From an uncultured Chloroflexia bacterium (lineage in GTDB: Bacteria; Chloroflexota; Anaerolineae; Anaerolineales; UBA4823), in contig CAVVAJ010000006.1 in the NCBI GenBank assembly GCA_963746255.1, positions 7,922-71,921 on the forward strand: a DNA stretch of 64,000 nt. The letters run 5' to 3'. The notes below the pieces were generated by a model that was not told where the DNA came from, did not search any database, and worked only from the letters and a program-made list of their open reading frames with translations. Below, in pieces: positions 20,031-29,669 of the stretch; within the stretch, counting starts at the first letter, position 1; the number at the start of each line of letters is the position of its first letter. A program made the translations under genes and the position numbers.

Positions 20031-20474
20031 ATGTCACGATTAAAACCCCTATCACTTGTGATCATGTTTATGCCTATCACTTTGTTCTTGTTGTTGGTAA
20101 TCTATATCTACCAACGCCGCCAGCAATTTGAGGTTGTCTTCTCATTCGGTCCTGAATCACATTCCCCTGAAGCACCTGACCCCAAACCCGAGGTAGCCGT
20201 AGCAACACCATCATCAGGGAAAAAGGTAGATGATTTGCAGAAAATTGATGGCATAGGCCCAAAGACAGCGTCCGTTTTAAATAACGCCGGTATTACCACT
20301 TACGCATCAATAGCTCAAGCAAATGTAGATACACTCGCAAATATATTGCGCGAGGCTGGTATTCGTGCTCCTATTCCAAAAACTTGGCCAAAACAAGCTC
20401 GCCTTGCAGCTACAGAGGAATGGGACGAGCTCGCTGCGTACCAAACCACACTGGTTGGCGGACGGGAGAAGTAG
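20031..20474 (+). CDS. Membrane-anchored helix-hairpin-helix domain protein
   Basis: An N-terminal TM helix is followed by a low-complexity linker and then DDLQKIDGIGPKTASVLNNAGITTY...TWPKQARLAA. It is a paralogue of 22611-23096. Confidence 0.6.
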   Translation: MSRLKPLSLVIMFMPITLFLLLVIYIYQRRQQFEVVFSFGPESHSPEAPDPKPEVAVATPSSGKKVDDLQKIDGIGPKTASVLNNAGITTYASIAQANVDTLANILREAGIRAPIPKTWPKQARLAATEEWDELAAYQTTLVGGREK

Positions 20475-20848
20475 ATCGATGTCCGATAGCTAATACCACG
20501 AGCGTGCAAACCGGCGCAACCGCTAATACATAAACGCAACAACGGACAGAATTATTTGCCCAAGTGAGTTTAATTTGCTCTGATACTGGATCTCCTATAA
20601 CTGGAATCATAGAGCTTGAGACAGTTGTTGCAGAGCTGCCTTGGCGGCACTGGAAAATTGTGCGATCCGAAATCGGTAGAACTTTCGTAGATACTTGATG
20701 TCAAAAATCTCTTCTGTATAAAAAGAGATTGGTCATATGACTTTCGTGGAGGAGAATCCAAAATATCTCGGCGAAGTTAGGAAACTTCTGCTCTAAATAT
20801 AAGAATTCAGCTCTACACCTCACCACCTGGTCCAAAGAGAGATCCCAG

Positions 20849-21622
20849 ATGTCGACAATAAATCCCACCATCGAACAAATCCGTTCCCACCGCTCAATCC
20901 GCCGCTATAGTTCTGAACCCATACCGCGCGAAACGATTGAGCTCATAATCGCCGCTGCGCAGCGCAGCTCAACCTCCTCAAACCTGCAAGCATATTCTGT
21001 CGTCGCAGTTACCGATTCAAGCATACGTGAGCAGTTGACAACCTTGTGTGGTAACCAGAAGCATATCCTCCAAGCCCCAGTCTTCTTAGCGTGGTGCGCG
21101 GATCTGAACAGATTGGACCGGGTTTGTTCTATGCGAGGCTTCCAGCAAAACCATGCCTATCTAGAAAATTTCCTGATCGCGGCTGTGGATGCGGTCATTG
21201 CGATGCAATCCGCAGCGATTGCCGCCGAGGCTCTTGGTTTGGGCATCTGCTACATCGGTGCCATTCGTAATCACCCAGGTGAAGTTATCAAGCTGCTGGA
21301 GCTTCCTGAGCTCGCCTTCCCAATTTCCGGCATGACTCTCGGAATCCCCGCTGAAGAGCCAATTCATAAACCCCGCCTACCACTAAACGAAGTCCTGCAT
21401 TGGGAACGCTATGACCGAACTGATCAGGATCAGCATTTATCTGCATACGACCATATAATGATAAATACTGGGATTTACCGAGGTCGTCAAGTCCCAACAA
21501 GCGAGAATATTGATGAGAGCGAAGACTACGGCTGGTTAGAACATACCGCCCGACGCGTTTCTAAAATCAATCGGCCGCACTTGCACCAAGCAATTTATGA
21601 CAGCGGATTTGAGTTGAAGTAA
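20849..21622 (+). CDS. NADPH-dependent nitroreductase family (NfsA-like)
   Basis: ..HRSIRRYS..P.., ..SSN.Q.YS.V.V.., 257 aa. Confidence 0.8.
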   Translation: MSTINPTIEQIRSHRSIRRYSSEPIPRETIELIIAAAQRSSTSSNLQAYSVVAVTDSSIREQLTTLCGNQKHILQAPVFLAWCADLNRLDRVCSMRGFQQNHAYLENFLIAAVDAVIAMQSAAIAAEALGLGICYIGAIRNHPGEVIKLLELPELAFPISGMTLGIPAEEPIHKPRLPLNEVLHWERYDRTDQDQHLSAYDHIMINTGIYRGRQVPTSENIDESEDYGWLEHTARRVSKINRPHLHQAIYDSGFELK

Positions 21623-21668
21623 CTAGCAATTACACCTTCCATGTGAGCAATTTCCGGAAAGTGAAAGA

Positions 21669-22488
21669 ATGAAAACTGTTGACGACACAAAGCGAAATAA
21701 GGAAGTACAGAGAATTTGGAATGCTAATGCCTCGTTTTGGGATGACTATATGGGCGAAGGCAAACACTTTCAGCAGGTTCTGCTTGGCCCAAACATTGAA
21801 CGGATGCTGAATGTCGTGCCGGGAATGCATATCCTTGAGATCGCCTGTGGGAATGGCAACTTCTCTCGCCGTTTAGCGATCCTGGGAGCGAACGTCACCG
21901 CATTTGATTTCAGCCAAAATTTCATTACTCGAGCGCGCAATAAAAACCAGTCGTACGCCGATCAGATCACATATCATGTTCTAGATGCAACCGACCATGC
22001 TGATCTTCAAACTTTGGAAGGAATTCCATTTGATGCAGCAATATGCAATATGGCGTTGATGGATATCCCGGAGATAGAGACTTTAATTACCACCCTACCA
22101 ACACTCCTTTCCGACGGGGCCAAATTCATATTTTCGATTACGCATCCATGCTTCAATTCATACGGTTCCTCAAAAATAGTCGAAGAAATCGATCGAAATG
22201 GGGATATGATTACCCAGCATGGGATAAAAATCACAGCTTATTCGCTAGTCACGTGAATTTAAAGGGCTGGGCGTTATTGGTCAACCTGAAGCGCAGTACT
22301 ATTTCCACCGGCCGCTCAATTATTATTTAAATACTTGCACTGCAGCTGGTTTTCTTTTGGACGAAATCCAAGAGCCAGTTTTCTCCGGGGACCTGCAGCC
22401 TGACCGGCCATTTTCGTGGGAGAATTACACCCAGATTCCACCAGTTTTACTAGTATGCTTCAGATTAGGTTCTAACAACAGTTCCTGA
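21669..22488 (+). CDS. Class I SAM-dependent methyltransferase, apparent +1 frameshift near 22245-22255
   Basis: The SAM motif ILEIACGNGNF lies in ORF 21669-22256. The conserved C-terminal part (SREFKGLGVIGQPEAQYYFHRPLNYYLNTCTAAGFLLDEIQEPVF..) continues in the +1 frame from 22249 to the TGA at 22486-22488. Confidence 0.7.
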
Positions 22489-22610
22489 TTTTTTTCAGAA
22501 AACATATGTAATAATTTTGACGTTAGCGAGGATCGAAACGCTAGCATTGTGCTAAAATTGAGCATAAATAAAATATATTTTTAGTTACCCAATTAGGAGA
22601 TAGTAAGCGC

Positions 22611-23096
22611 ATGTCGCTATCCAACACAATACTATTAGCATCTACTCTACTTGAAACACCCATAACCAGCCAGGCCGTATCTACAATTCCACTAGGAACT
22701 GCCTTGCTTCTATTCACAGTTCTCCTGTTGCTATTAGTCATTGCTTTAGTATGGAATTCGAAAGAATACCAAGTTCCCGAAACCATTCTCGCGCACGACC
22801 ACCGCAATGACCGGCATTCTGGCCCTAAACCTAGCGACGATCTCACTGTTATTGAGGGTATAGGTCCAAAAACAGCTGCTGCATTTCAAGAAGCTGGTAT
22901 ACACACCTACCAAGATCTCGCTGGCACTGATGTTGAAAAGCTTAAAAAGATTCTCGGGGCAGCAAATCTCCGCCTTGCTGCCCCTTCAACCTGGCCAAGA
23001 CAAGCGCAGCTCGCTGCCGATGGGGATTGGCAGAGTTTGCGACGTCTTCAAGATGAACTCACGGCTGGTCGCCAAGCAAGCGGTGATGCTTCCTGA
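22611..23096 (+). CDS. Membrane-anchored helix-hairpin-helix domain protein (paralogue of 20031-20474)
   Basis: Same architecture as its paralogue: TM helix, linker, DDLTVIEGIGPKTAAAFQEAGIHTY...TWPRQAQLAA. Confidence 0.6.
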   Translation: MSLSNTILLASTLLETPITSQAVSTIPLGTALLLFTVLLLLLVIALVWNSKEYQVPETILAHDHRNDRHSGPKPSDDLTVIEGIGPKTAAAFQEAGIHTYQDLAGTDVEKLKKILGAANLRLAAPSTWPRQAQLAADGDWQSLRRLQDELTAGRQASGDAS

Positions 23097-23196
23097 TGCC
23101 TAGATTCTGTCTGGCTAGGGATCATGAAACGATCCAGCGAACGCTGGGTCGTTTTGCGAATTAATCAAACACCTTGAACAGCATTCTAGGAGCAGT

Positions 23197-24012
23197 ATGG
23201 GGATCAGCAAGCGTCTCGAACAAGCCCGGCGAGGCTACACTAAACACGATAAAACAGCTTCTGCCAATGCGCATAACCCGGAGCAAATCGCAAAAGTCTA
23301 TCGTGAAGCTTCGGAAGAGCATGGCGGTAGTGGATCTAAGTACATCGGCGATTTTATATTCGGTGGCTTAGACGGTATTATCACAACATTCGCAGTAGTC
23401 AGCGGAGTCGTAGGCGCAAATTTGGGCAGCAGTGTCATCCTCATCCTCGGCCTAGCCAACCTCTTCGCAGATGGCTTTTCTATGGCAGTTGGGGCTTATT
23501 TATCCTCCAAGAGTGAGAATGAATACTACCAAAAGGAACACCAGCGCGAGCTTTGGGAAATTGAAAATTTCCCTTCTGGCGAAAAAGCAGAACTGCTCGA
23601 GATTTACTTACATAAAGGCTACACTTCCGAGGAAGCGGATCAGCTGATCGCTATCCAAACCAGGTCTAAAGAACGCTGGGTCTCCGCGATGATGATCGAT
23701 GAACTGGGGATGATGAAGGACGACCGTTCTCCAGTCACCAGCGGTATCATCACATTCATTGCCTTCCTTGTTGCAGGCACAGTTCCGTTGCTGGTCTATT
23801 TTGCAGGACTTTTATTCCCGATCGCTGCAAACCAAGCCTTTTTGGTATCGATTTTGCTTTCCGGCATCGCCCTTTTCGGCCTGGGTGCTGGAAAGGTATT
23901 CGTTACCCGCCAAAATCCGATTCGCAGTGGTTTAGAAATGCTGCTGGTTGGTGGATTAGCTGCGAGCGTTGCATATGCAGTGGGAGCTTTATTAAGGTCT
24001 CTGGGACTATAA
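23197..24012 (+). CDS. VIT1/CCC1 family iron/manganese transporter
   Basis: ..GGLDGIITTFAVVSGVVGA.., a central acidic helical region (E..W.E...P..E..EL), and C-terminal TM helices. Confidence 0.8.
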   Translation: MGISKRLEQARRGYTKHDKTASANAHNPEQIAKVYREASEEHGGSGSKYIGDFIFGGLDGIITTFAVVSGVVGANLGSSVILILGLANLFADGFSMAVGAYLSSKSENEYYQKEHQRELWEIENFPSGEKAELLEIYLHKGYTSEEADQLIAIQTRSKERWVSAMMIDELGMMKDDRSPVTSGIITFIAFLVAGTVPLLVYFAGLLFPIAANQAFLVSILLSGIALFGLGAGKVFVTRQNPIRSGLEMLLVGGLAASVAYAVGALLRSLGL

Positions 24013-24037
24013 ATCAGCCTGTACAACCAGTAATTTT

Positions 24038-24805
24038 GTCGGTATCGGTACTCCCGGTATGATAGACCCTCATAAAGGTGTGATTCGGCGGGCAGTCAAT
24101 CTCGATTGGCAGGAATTGCCGCTGCGAAGCCTGTTAGAAGAGCGATACAACCTGCCATGCTATATCACCAATGACTGTCAAGCGGCCGCATTAGGAGAGT
24201 ACACTTTCGGGAAAAATTCTGCCATAGCAAATTTGGTCGTACTGAAAGTGGGACGTGGTATCGGCTCGGGGATTGTATTGAATGGCCAATTGTACTATGG
24301 CGACGGCTACAGCGCTGGGGAGATCGGGCACCTGGTGGTTATCGAAGATGGTGAGACATGTGCTTGTGGAAACCGCGGTTGTCTCGAAACCGTCGCCAGC
24401 ACCCGTGCTTTGGCGAAACGAGTCAGGGAGATCGCTCAAAGAAATCCGAACTCAAAATTGTTTCAAATTGCTACAACCCCAACTGAAATCAATATGGATA
24501 TTATCCTACATGCTTTAGAAGCTGGTGATGAGGACATAAAAAATGTCATTGCGGAAGCTGGATATTACCTGGGTGTTGCGGTAGCCTGCCTTGTCGGCGT
24601 GGTAAACGCTCAACACATTTTCATCGCTGGAAGCGCAGCCCGTTTTGGTGATACGCTGCTCGCACCTATCAAGAACACTATGCGGAGACATTCGATGTCT
24701 ATCCTGGCGGATGAAACAAATGTCAACTTCAGCTCGTTAGGACAGGATATAGTGATCAAAGGTGCAGCGTCCTTACCGCTGGCAAACGAACTTCAACTTA
24801 TCTGA
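24038..24805 (+). pseudogene. ROK family protein, 5'-truncated (lacks the N-terminal ATP-binding ~70 aa)
   Basis: Homology begins at VGIGTPGMIDPHKGVIRRAVNLDW. This aligns to residues ~75 onward of the intact ROK at 25608 (GVGIGIPGQVNTKDGIVRDAVNLGW). The upstream frame runs straight into the VIT1 stop codon, so the DxGGT phosphate-1 region is absent. The ROK zinc motif CACGNRGCLE is present. Confidence 0.7.
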
Positions 24806-24838
24806 TCAATTCTTAAGGTCTAAAGTGGAGCGTAATCT

Positions 24839-25591
24839 ATGAAATCAAATGACAACAGCAATGGTATAGAGCTTTATTACAGGAAGGTTTTAGCGCTCCA
24901 GACTGAGGTCATTGAGAGCCAAAGAAAAGTACTTGAGGATGCAGCCGCTCAAATGGCGACTACAATCGCACAGGATGGCAGAATATTCATTTTTGGTACC
25001 GGGCATTCGCACATGATGGCAGAAGAAGCATTCTACAGAGCCGGCGGTATAGCACCCGTAGTCCCTATTTTTTCTTCTGCGTTGATGCTGCACGAGAAAC
25101 CGAACTTATCCAGCCGTTTAGAAAGGACGGGGGGTCTGGCGGAAGTGTTGCTGGGTGAATACCAGGTACGTCCGGGCGAGATGATCCTGATATTCTCTAA
25201 CAGCGGTGTAAATAGGCTACCGGTTGAAATGGCTATCAAAGCCAAGGACAGCGGGTTATTCGTGGTTTCAGTCAGTTCGCTGGCTTATGCTAGAATGGCT
25301 CCCATGTCGTCGTTAGGGAAACGGCTTGATGAAGTTGCGGACATCGCGATCGATAATTATGGAGAACCTGGAGATGCGCTGGTACAGATTATGGAAACGG
25401 GCTGGCTCGTTGGCCCAAGTTCTACGATAATCGGTGCCTTGATATGGAACTGTCTGCTTACAGAATGTGTAGTACGTTTATATGCCTCTGATGTACCATT
25501 GCCTGTTTTTGCGAGTTTGAACATGCCAGGCGCAGCCGAGCATAATGCAGAGTTATTAGATAAATGGCGTATGTACAACCCACATCTATAG
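24839..25591 (+). CDS. SIS (sugar isomerase) domain protein
   Basis: ..IFIFGTGHSHMMAEE...IFSNSGVN.. is typical of SIS domain phosphosugar-binding proteins. 250 aa. Confidence 0.75.
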   Translation: MKSNDNSNGIELYYRKVLALQTEVIESQRKVLEDAAAQMATTIAQDGRIFIFGTGHSHMMAEEAFYRAGGIAPVVPIFSSALMLHEKPNLSSRLERTGGLAEVLLGEYQVRPGEMILIFSNSGVNRLPVEMAIKAKDSGLFVVSVSSLAYARMAPMSSLGKRLDEVADIAIDNYGEPGDALVQIMETGWLVGPSSTIIGALIWNCLLTECVVRLYASDVPLPVFASLNMPGAAEHNAELLDKWRMYNPHL

Positions 25592-25607
25592 GAATTTTAG
25601 AGCGTAT

Positions 25608-26585
25608 ATGAAAAACCTGCAGTACATGGCGATAGGGATAGATGTCGGTGGGACTAAGATTGCCGCTGCACTGGTATCGACCGACGGTATTGTTCATGCC
25701 GCTCGCCAAGAACAGACAAGGGTCGACGAAGGCATCCAGGCTGTAATTAACCAGATTGTTCGGCTTGTAAATGACCTCGCTGGCTCTTCAACCTCAAATC
25801 TCGATCGAAATCAAATCTCTTTGCTGGGAGTGGGAATCGGTATTCCCGGTCAGGTTAATACGAAGGATGGAATCGTTCGAGATGCTGTCAACCTGGGATG
25901 GGGTGAAGTATACCTGGTGAACCAGCTCCAATTTCGGCTAAAAAATGAATTTCCGGTGTTTATTGAGACAGATACCAATGCCAGCACCTTGGGTGAATTT
26001 ACTTTTGGAGCTGCCCGTGGTTGCCAGGATTTCGTTTACATAAGTATTGGTTCGGGGCTTGGCGCAGGTCTGATTATTAACAGCAAGCTTGTACTTGGGG
26101 CCACCTGGAAAGCGGCTGAACTGGGGCACATATCATTTGATCCGGACGGTCTTCCCTGCGCGTGCGGCTTGCGCGGCTGTATCGAAACGATCGTCTCAGG
26201 TCCGGGGATGCTCAACCTGGTAACCCAACACATATCGCAGGGCAAGTATCCGACCCGACTTAGCATAGATCCGGATTTAACCACCATCGAGGTTGTTTCC
26301 GCGGCCTTCGATGGGGATGATCTAGCTCTGGCCGTTTTTTCCAAGATGGGGCGTTATCTGGGCATACTGATCTCCTTTTGCGCTACATTGATTAACCCTA
26401 GTCTGATTGTTATTGGCGGCGGGTTGGGATTGGCAGCATTTGATCTGATCATTCCCACTGTCTGGCAGGAGATCAAGCGACGCACCCTGTTCTCCGTTTA
26501 CTCGGAACTCAAAATCATGCCCTCACAGCAGGTCTCCAGCGCGATCGGCGCTGCAAGCCTGGTTTTTAGCCATTTTCTCGAATGA
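25608..26585 (+). CDS. ROK family sugar kinase
   Basis: IGIDVGGTKIAAAL, ..G.GLGAGLI.., and the zinc motif GH....D..G..CACGLRGCIE. Confidence 0.85.
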   Translation: MKNLQYMAIGIDVGGTKIAAALVSTDGIVHAARQEQTRVDEGIQAVINQIVRLVNDLAGSSTSNLDRNQISLLGVGIGIPGQVNTKDGIVRDAVNLGWGEVYLVNQLQFRLKNEFPVFIETDTNASTLGEFTFGAARGCQDFVYISIGSGLGAGLIINSKLVLGATWKAAELGHISFDPDGLPCACGLRGCIETIVSGPGMLNLVTQHISQGKYPTRLSIDPDLTTIEVVSAAFDGDDLALAVFSKMGRYLGILISFCATLINPSLIVIGGGLGLAAFDLIIPTVWQEIKRRTLFSVYSELKIMPSQQVSSAIGAASLVFSHFLE

Positions 26586-27052
26586 CATCTATACAATACA
26601 TGCATTTTACGTGTTCTCGCGAGAAATACCTATGAAACAATCTGATAAGAAATATTTCCAAAAACCGGCTCTCATTCCACCACAAGTTTTAGATTTCCAA
26701 CCCGCGGTGTTGTACAACGGGGCGTTCCGCCACTCGATAACTAACTCTGGTACAAGTATTCCGGATATTATGATCCTGGAGTGTAAAGACGGGGACATTT
26801 CCCAGTATGACGCTCGTTAAACCTCAGGATCACCCCGATGCTGGTATCGATCAATTATTACGATTGGAAGTATGTTTTAACATTATAATTATCTATCTAA
26901 GTTGATTTGGTGATAAATTTCAAAAACGAGCAGCGATAAGATGCGAGATAAGTTGTATAAGGAGGTGGGCAGAAGGAAATACTGTACCAGATAAAGACCC
27001 GGTTAGAAAGCATCATGGATAAAAAACATAACTATGTTAGGAGATAAAGAAG

Positions 27053-29581
27053 ATGCGTAAAGCAATATTACTATCCATTGTAATTTTATTGGCTTTACTG
27101 ATGGTAGGATGTGCATCAGAAGCCACGACCGAAGCACCTCCGCCGCCAGAGCAAGAAGAGCCTGCTCCACCTGAAACCGCCGAAGAGGTAACGATAACCA
27201 TAGAGAGTTGGAGAAACGATGACCTGACCATCTGGCAGGATACGATTATCCCAGCTTTTGAAGCCAAATATCCGAACATCAAAGTTGTGTTTGCTCCAAC
27301 AGCTCCAGCAGAGTACAACGGCGTGCTGAACACCAAGCTTGAAGGTGGAACAGCCGGTGATTTGATCACCTGCCGTCCGTTCGATGCCTCTCTAGCGTTG
27401 TTTGACCAGGGACACCTGGCATCGATCAACGATCTACCAGGTATGGAGAACTTCAGCTCCGTAGCCAAGAGCGCCTGGATCACCGATAATGGCTCGGACG
27501 TTTTCTGTGTTCCAATGGCATCCGTGATCCACGGCTTCTTCTACAATGTTGATGCATTCACTGAACTCGGTTTGGAAGAACCAACCACCAGGGATGAGTT
27601 CTTTGCTGTGCTGGATGCCATCAAGGCCGATGGTACCTACGATCCCCTAGGGATGGGCTCTGCCGACCAGTGGGAAGCAGCCACAATGGGCTTCCAGAAC
27701 ATCGGTCCGAATTACTGGAAAGGCGAAGAAGGCCGCTTAGGGCTGATCGCCGGCACCGAGAAATACACAGATCAGCAGTACGTCGACACATGGGCAGAGC
27801 TGGCGCGCTGGGCTGACTACATGCCGTCTGGTTATGAGGCAGTCAAATACCCAGATGCGCAGAGCCTGTTCACCCTGGGTCAAGCTGCGATCTACCCGAC
27901 TGGCTCCTGGGAAATCTCCGTTTTTGAAGATCAAGCTGACTTTGAAATGGGCATCTTCCCGCCACCGCTGGCAAACGAGGGTGACACCTGCTTCATCAGC
28001 GATCATACCGACATCGCCATGGGCATGAACACCGCCACTGAAAATCCTGAAGCAGTTGAGACATTCCTGGAATGGATGACCACTCCTGAATTCGCTGAGC
28101 TTTACAGCAACGCTTTACCTGGATTCTTCACTTTGTCCAACCACATGGTCAATCTTGATGATCCGCTGGCACAGGAATTTATGAGCTGGCGAGAGTCATG
28201 CGAGGAGACCATTCGCAACTCCTACCAGATCCTCTCACGTGGTGAGCCAAACCTAGAGAATGAGTTGTGGCGTGTCAGTGCTGCCGTGATCAATGGGAGC
28301 CTGACGCCTGAAGAGGCAGCCCAGGAAATCCAGGATGGTCTTGACTCGTGGTACTCACCGACTGGTCAGCCGGAAGTGGAAGCGCCTCAAGAACCGACCG
28401 AGGAGGTCACCCTAACCATCGAAAGCTGGCGCAACGACGACCTGACCATCTGGCAGGATACCATCATCCCGGCTTTCGAAGCCAAGCACTCCAACATCAA
28501 AGTTGTGTTTGCTCCCACAGCCCCAGCAGAGTACAACGGCGTGCTGAACACCAAGCTTGAAGGTGGAACAGCCGGTGATTTGATCACCTGCCGTCCGTTC
28601 GATGCCTCTCTAGCGTTGTTTGACCAGGGACACCTGGCATCGATCAACGATCTACCAGGTATGGAGAACTTCAGCTCCGTAGCCAAGAGCGCCTGGATCA
28701 CCGATAATGGCTCGGACGTTTTCTGTGTTCCAATGGCATCCGTAATCCACGGCTTCTTCTACAACGCTGATGCCTTCACTGAACTCGGTTTGGAAGAACC
28801 AACCACCAGGGATGAGTTCTTTGCTGTGCTGGATGCCATCAAGGCCGATGGTACCTACGATCCCCTAGGGATGGGCTCTGCCGACCAGTGGGAAGCAGCC
28901 ACAATGGGCTTCCAGAACATCGGTCCGAATTACTGGAAAGGCGAAGAAGGCCGCTTAGGGCTGATCGCCGGCACCGAGAAATACACAGATCAGCAGTACG
29001 TCGACACATGGGCAGAGCTGGCGCGCTGGGCTGACTACATGCCGTCTGGTTATGAGGCAGTCAAATACCCAGATGCGCAGAGCCTGTTCACCCTGGGTCA
29101 AGCTGCGATCTACCCGACTGGCTCCTGGGAAATCTCCGTTTTTGAAGATCAAGCTGAGTTTGAAATGGGCATCTTCCCGCCACCGCTGGCAAACGAGGGT
29201 GACACCTGCTTCATCAGCGATCATACCGACATCGCCCTGGGTATGAACACCGCAACAGAGAATCCAGATGCGGCCAAGATCTTCTTGGAATGGATGACCA
29301 CCTCTGAGTTCGCCGAGCTTTATAGCAACGCTTTACCTGGATTCTTCACTTTGTCCAACCACATGGTCAATCTTGATGATCCGCTGGCACAGGAATTTAT
29401 GAGCTGGCGAGAGTCATGCGAGGAGACCATTCGCAACTCCTACCAGATCCTCTCACGTGGTGAGCCAAATCTAGAGAACGAGTTGTGGCGTGTCAGTGCT
29501 GCCGTGATCAACGGGAGTTTGACGCCCGAAGAGGCAGCCCAAGAAATCCAGACTGGTCTTGACTCGTGGTACACACCTTAG
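27053..29581 (+). CDS. Lipoprotein consisting of two tandem, near-identical ABC sugar-binding (family 1, MalE-like) modules
   Basis: Lipobox LLMVGC. Residues ~44-449 and ~450-842 are the same ~406-aa SBP module (EEVT(I/L)TIESWRNDDLTIWQDTIIPAFEAK...DSWY(S/T)P). The gene sits directly upstream of two sugar permease genes. Confidence 0.85.
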   Translation: MRKAILLSIVILLALLMVGCASEATTEAPPPPEQEEPAPPETAEEVTITIESWRNDDLTIWQDTIIPAFEAKYPNIKVVFAPTAPAEYNGVLNTKLEGGTAGDLITCRPFDASLALFDQGHLASINDLPGMENFSSVAKSAWITDNGSDVFCVPMASVIHGFFYNVDAFTELGLEEPTTRDEFFAVLDAIKADGTYDPLGMGSADQWEAATMGFQNIGPNYWKGEEGRLGLIAGTEKYTDQQYVDTWAELARWADYMPSGYEAVKYPDAQSLFTLGQAAIYPTGSWEISVFEDQADFEMGIFPPPLANEGDTCFISDHTDIAMGMNTATENPEAVETFLEWMTTPEFAELYSNALPGFFTLSNHMVNLDDPLAQEFMSWRESCEETIRNSYQILSRGEPNLENELWRVSAAVINGSLTPEEAAQEIQDGLDSWYSPTGQPEVEAPQEPTEEVTLTIESWRNDDLTIWQDTIIPAFEAKHSNIKVVFAPTAPAEYNGVLNTKLEGGTAGDLITCRPFDASLALFDQGHLASINDLPGMENFSSVAKSAWITDNGSDVFCVPMASVIHGFFYNADAFTELGLEEPTTRDEFFAVLDAIKADGTYDPLGMGSADQWEAATMGFQNIGPNYWKGEEGRLGLIAGTEKYTDQQYVDTWAELARWADYMPSGYEAVKYPDAQSLFTLGQAAIYPTGSWEISVFEDQAEFEMGIFPPPLANEGDTCFISDHTDIALGMNTATENPDAAKIFLEWMTTSEFAELYSNALPGFFTLSNHMVNLDDPLAQEFMSWRESCEETIRNSYQILSRGEPNLENELWRVSAAVINGSLTPEEAAQEIQTGLDSWYTP
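27182..29578 (+). repeat. In-frame tandem direct duplication, period 1218 bp (two copies)
   Basis: Copy 1 (27182-28399) aligns with copy 2 (28400-29578). Long identical blocks (about 27300-28010 and 28120-28255 against their +1218 partners) alternate with blocks full of mostly synonymous differences. Confidence 0.9.
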
Positions 29582-29605
29582 TAGTGGCAAGACGAACATA
29601 ATATC

Positions 29606-29641
29606 TATACTCGGCGGTAGTACGTACTACCGCCGAGTATA
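29606..29641. promoter_or_regulatory. 36-nt perfect palindrome (18-bp stem) between SBP gene and permease genes
   Basis: TATACTCGGCGGTAGTAC|GTACTACCGCCGAGTATA lies 25 nt after the SBP stop codon and 29 nt before the permease start. Confidence 0.6.
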
Positions 29642-29669
29642 ATATTTAATCAACCGGAGGATAGGTTCA

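Noticed and set aside
23097-23196. A possible metal (yybP-ykoY type) riboswitch upstream of the VIT1 transporter.
   Set aside because: The 100-nt leader shows none of the conserved riboswitch sequence blocks I know and no obvious four-way structure.
26611-26820. The 69-aa ORF in the 467-bp gap between the ROK kinase and the SBP gene.
   Set aside because: It has no convincing RBS, no recognisable motif and odd composition. I cannot support it as a gene. The gap more likely holds the SBP promoter or operator.
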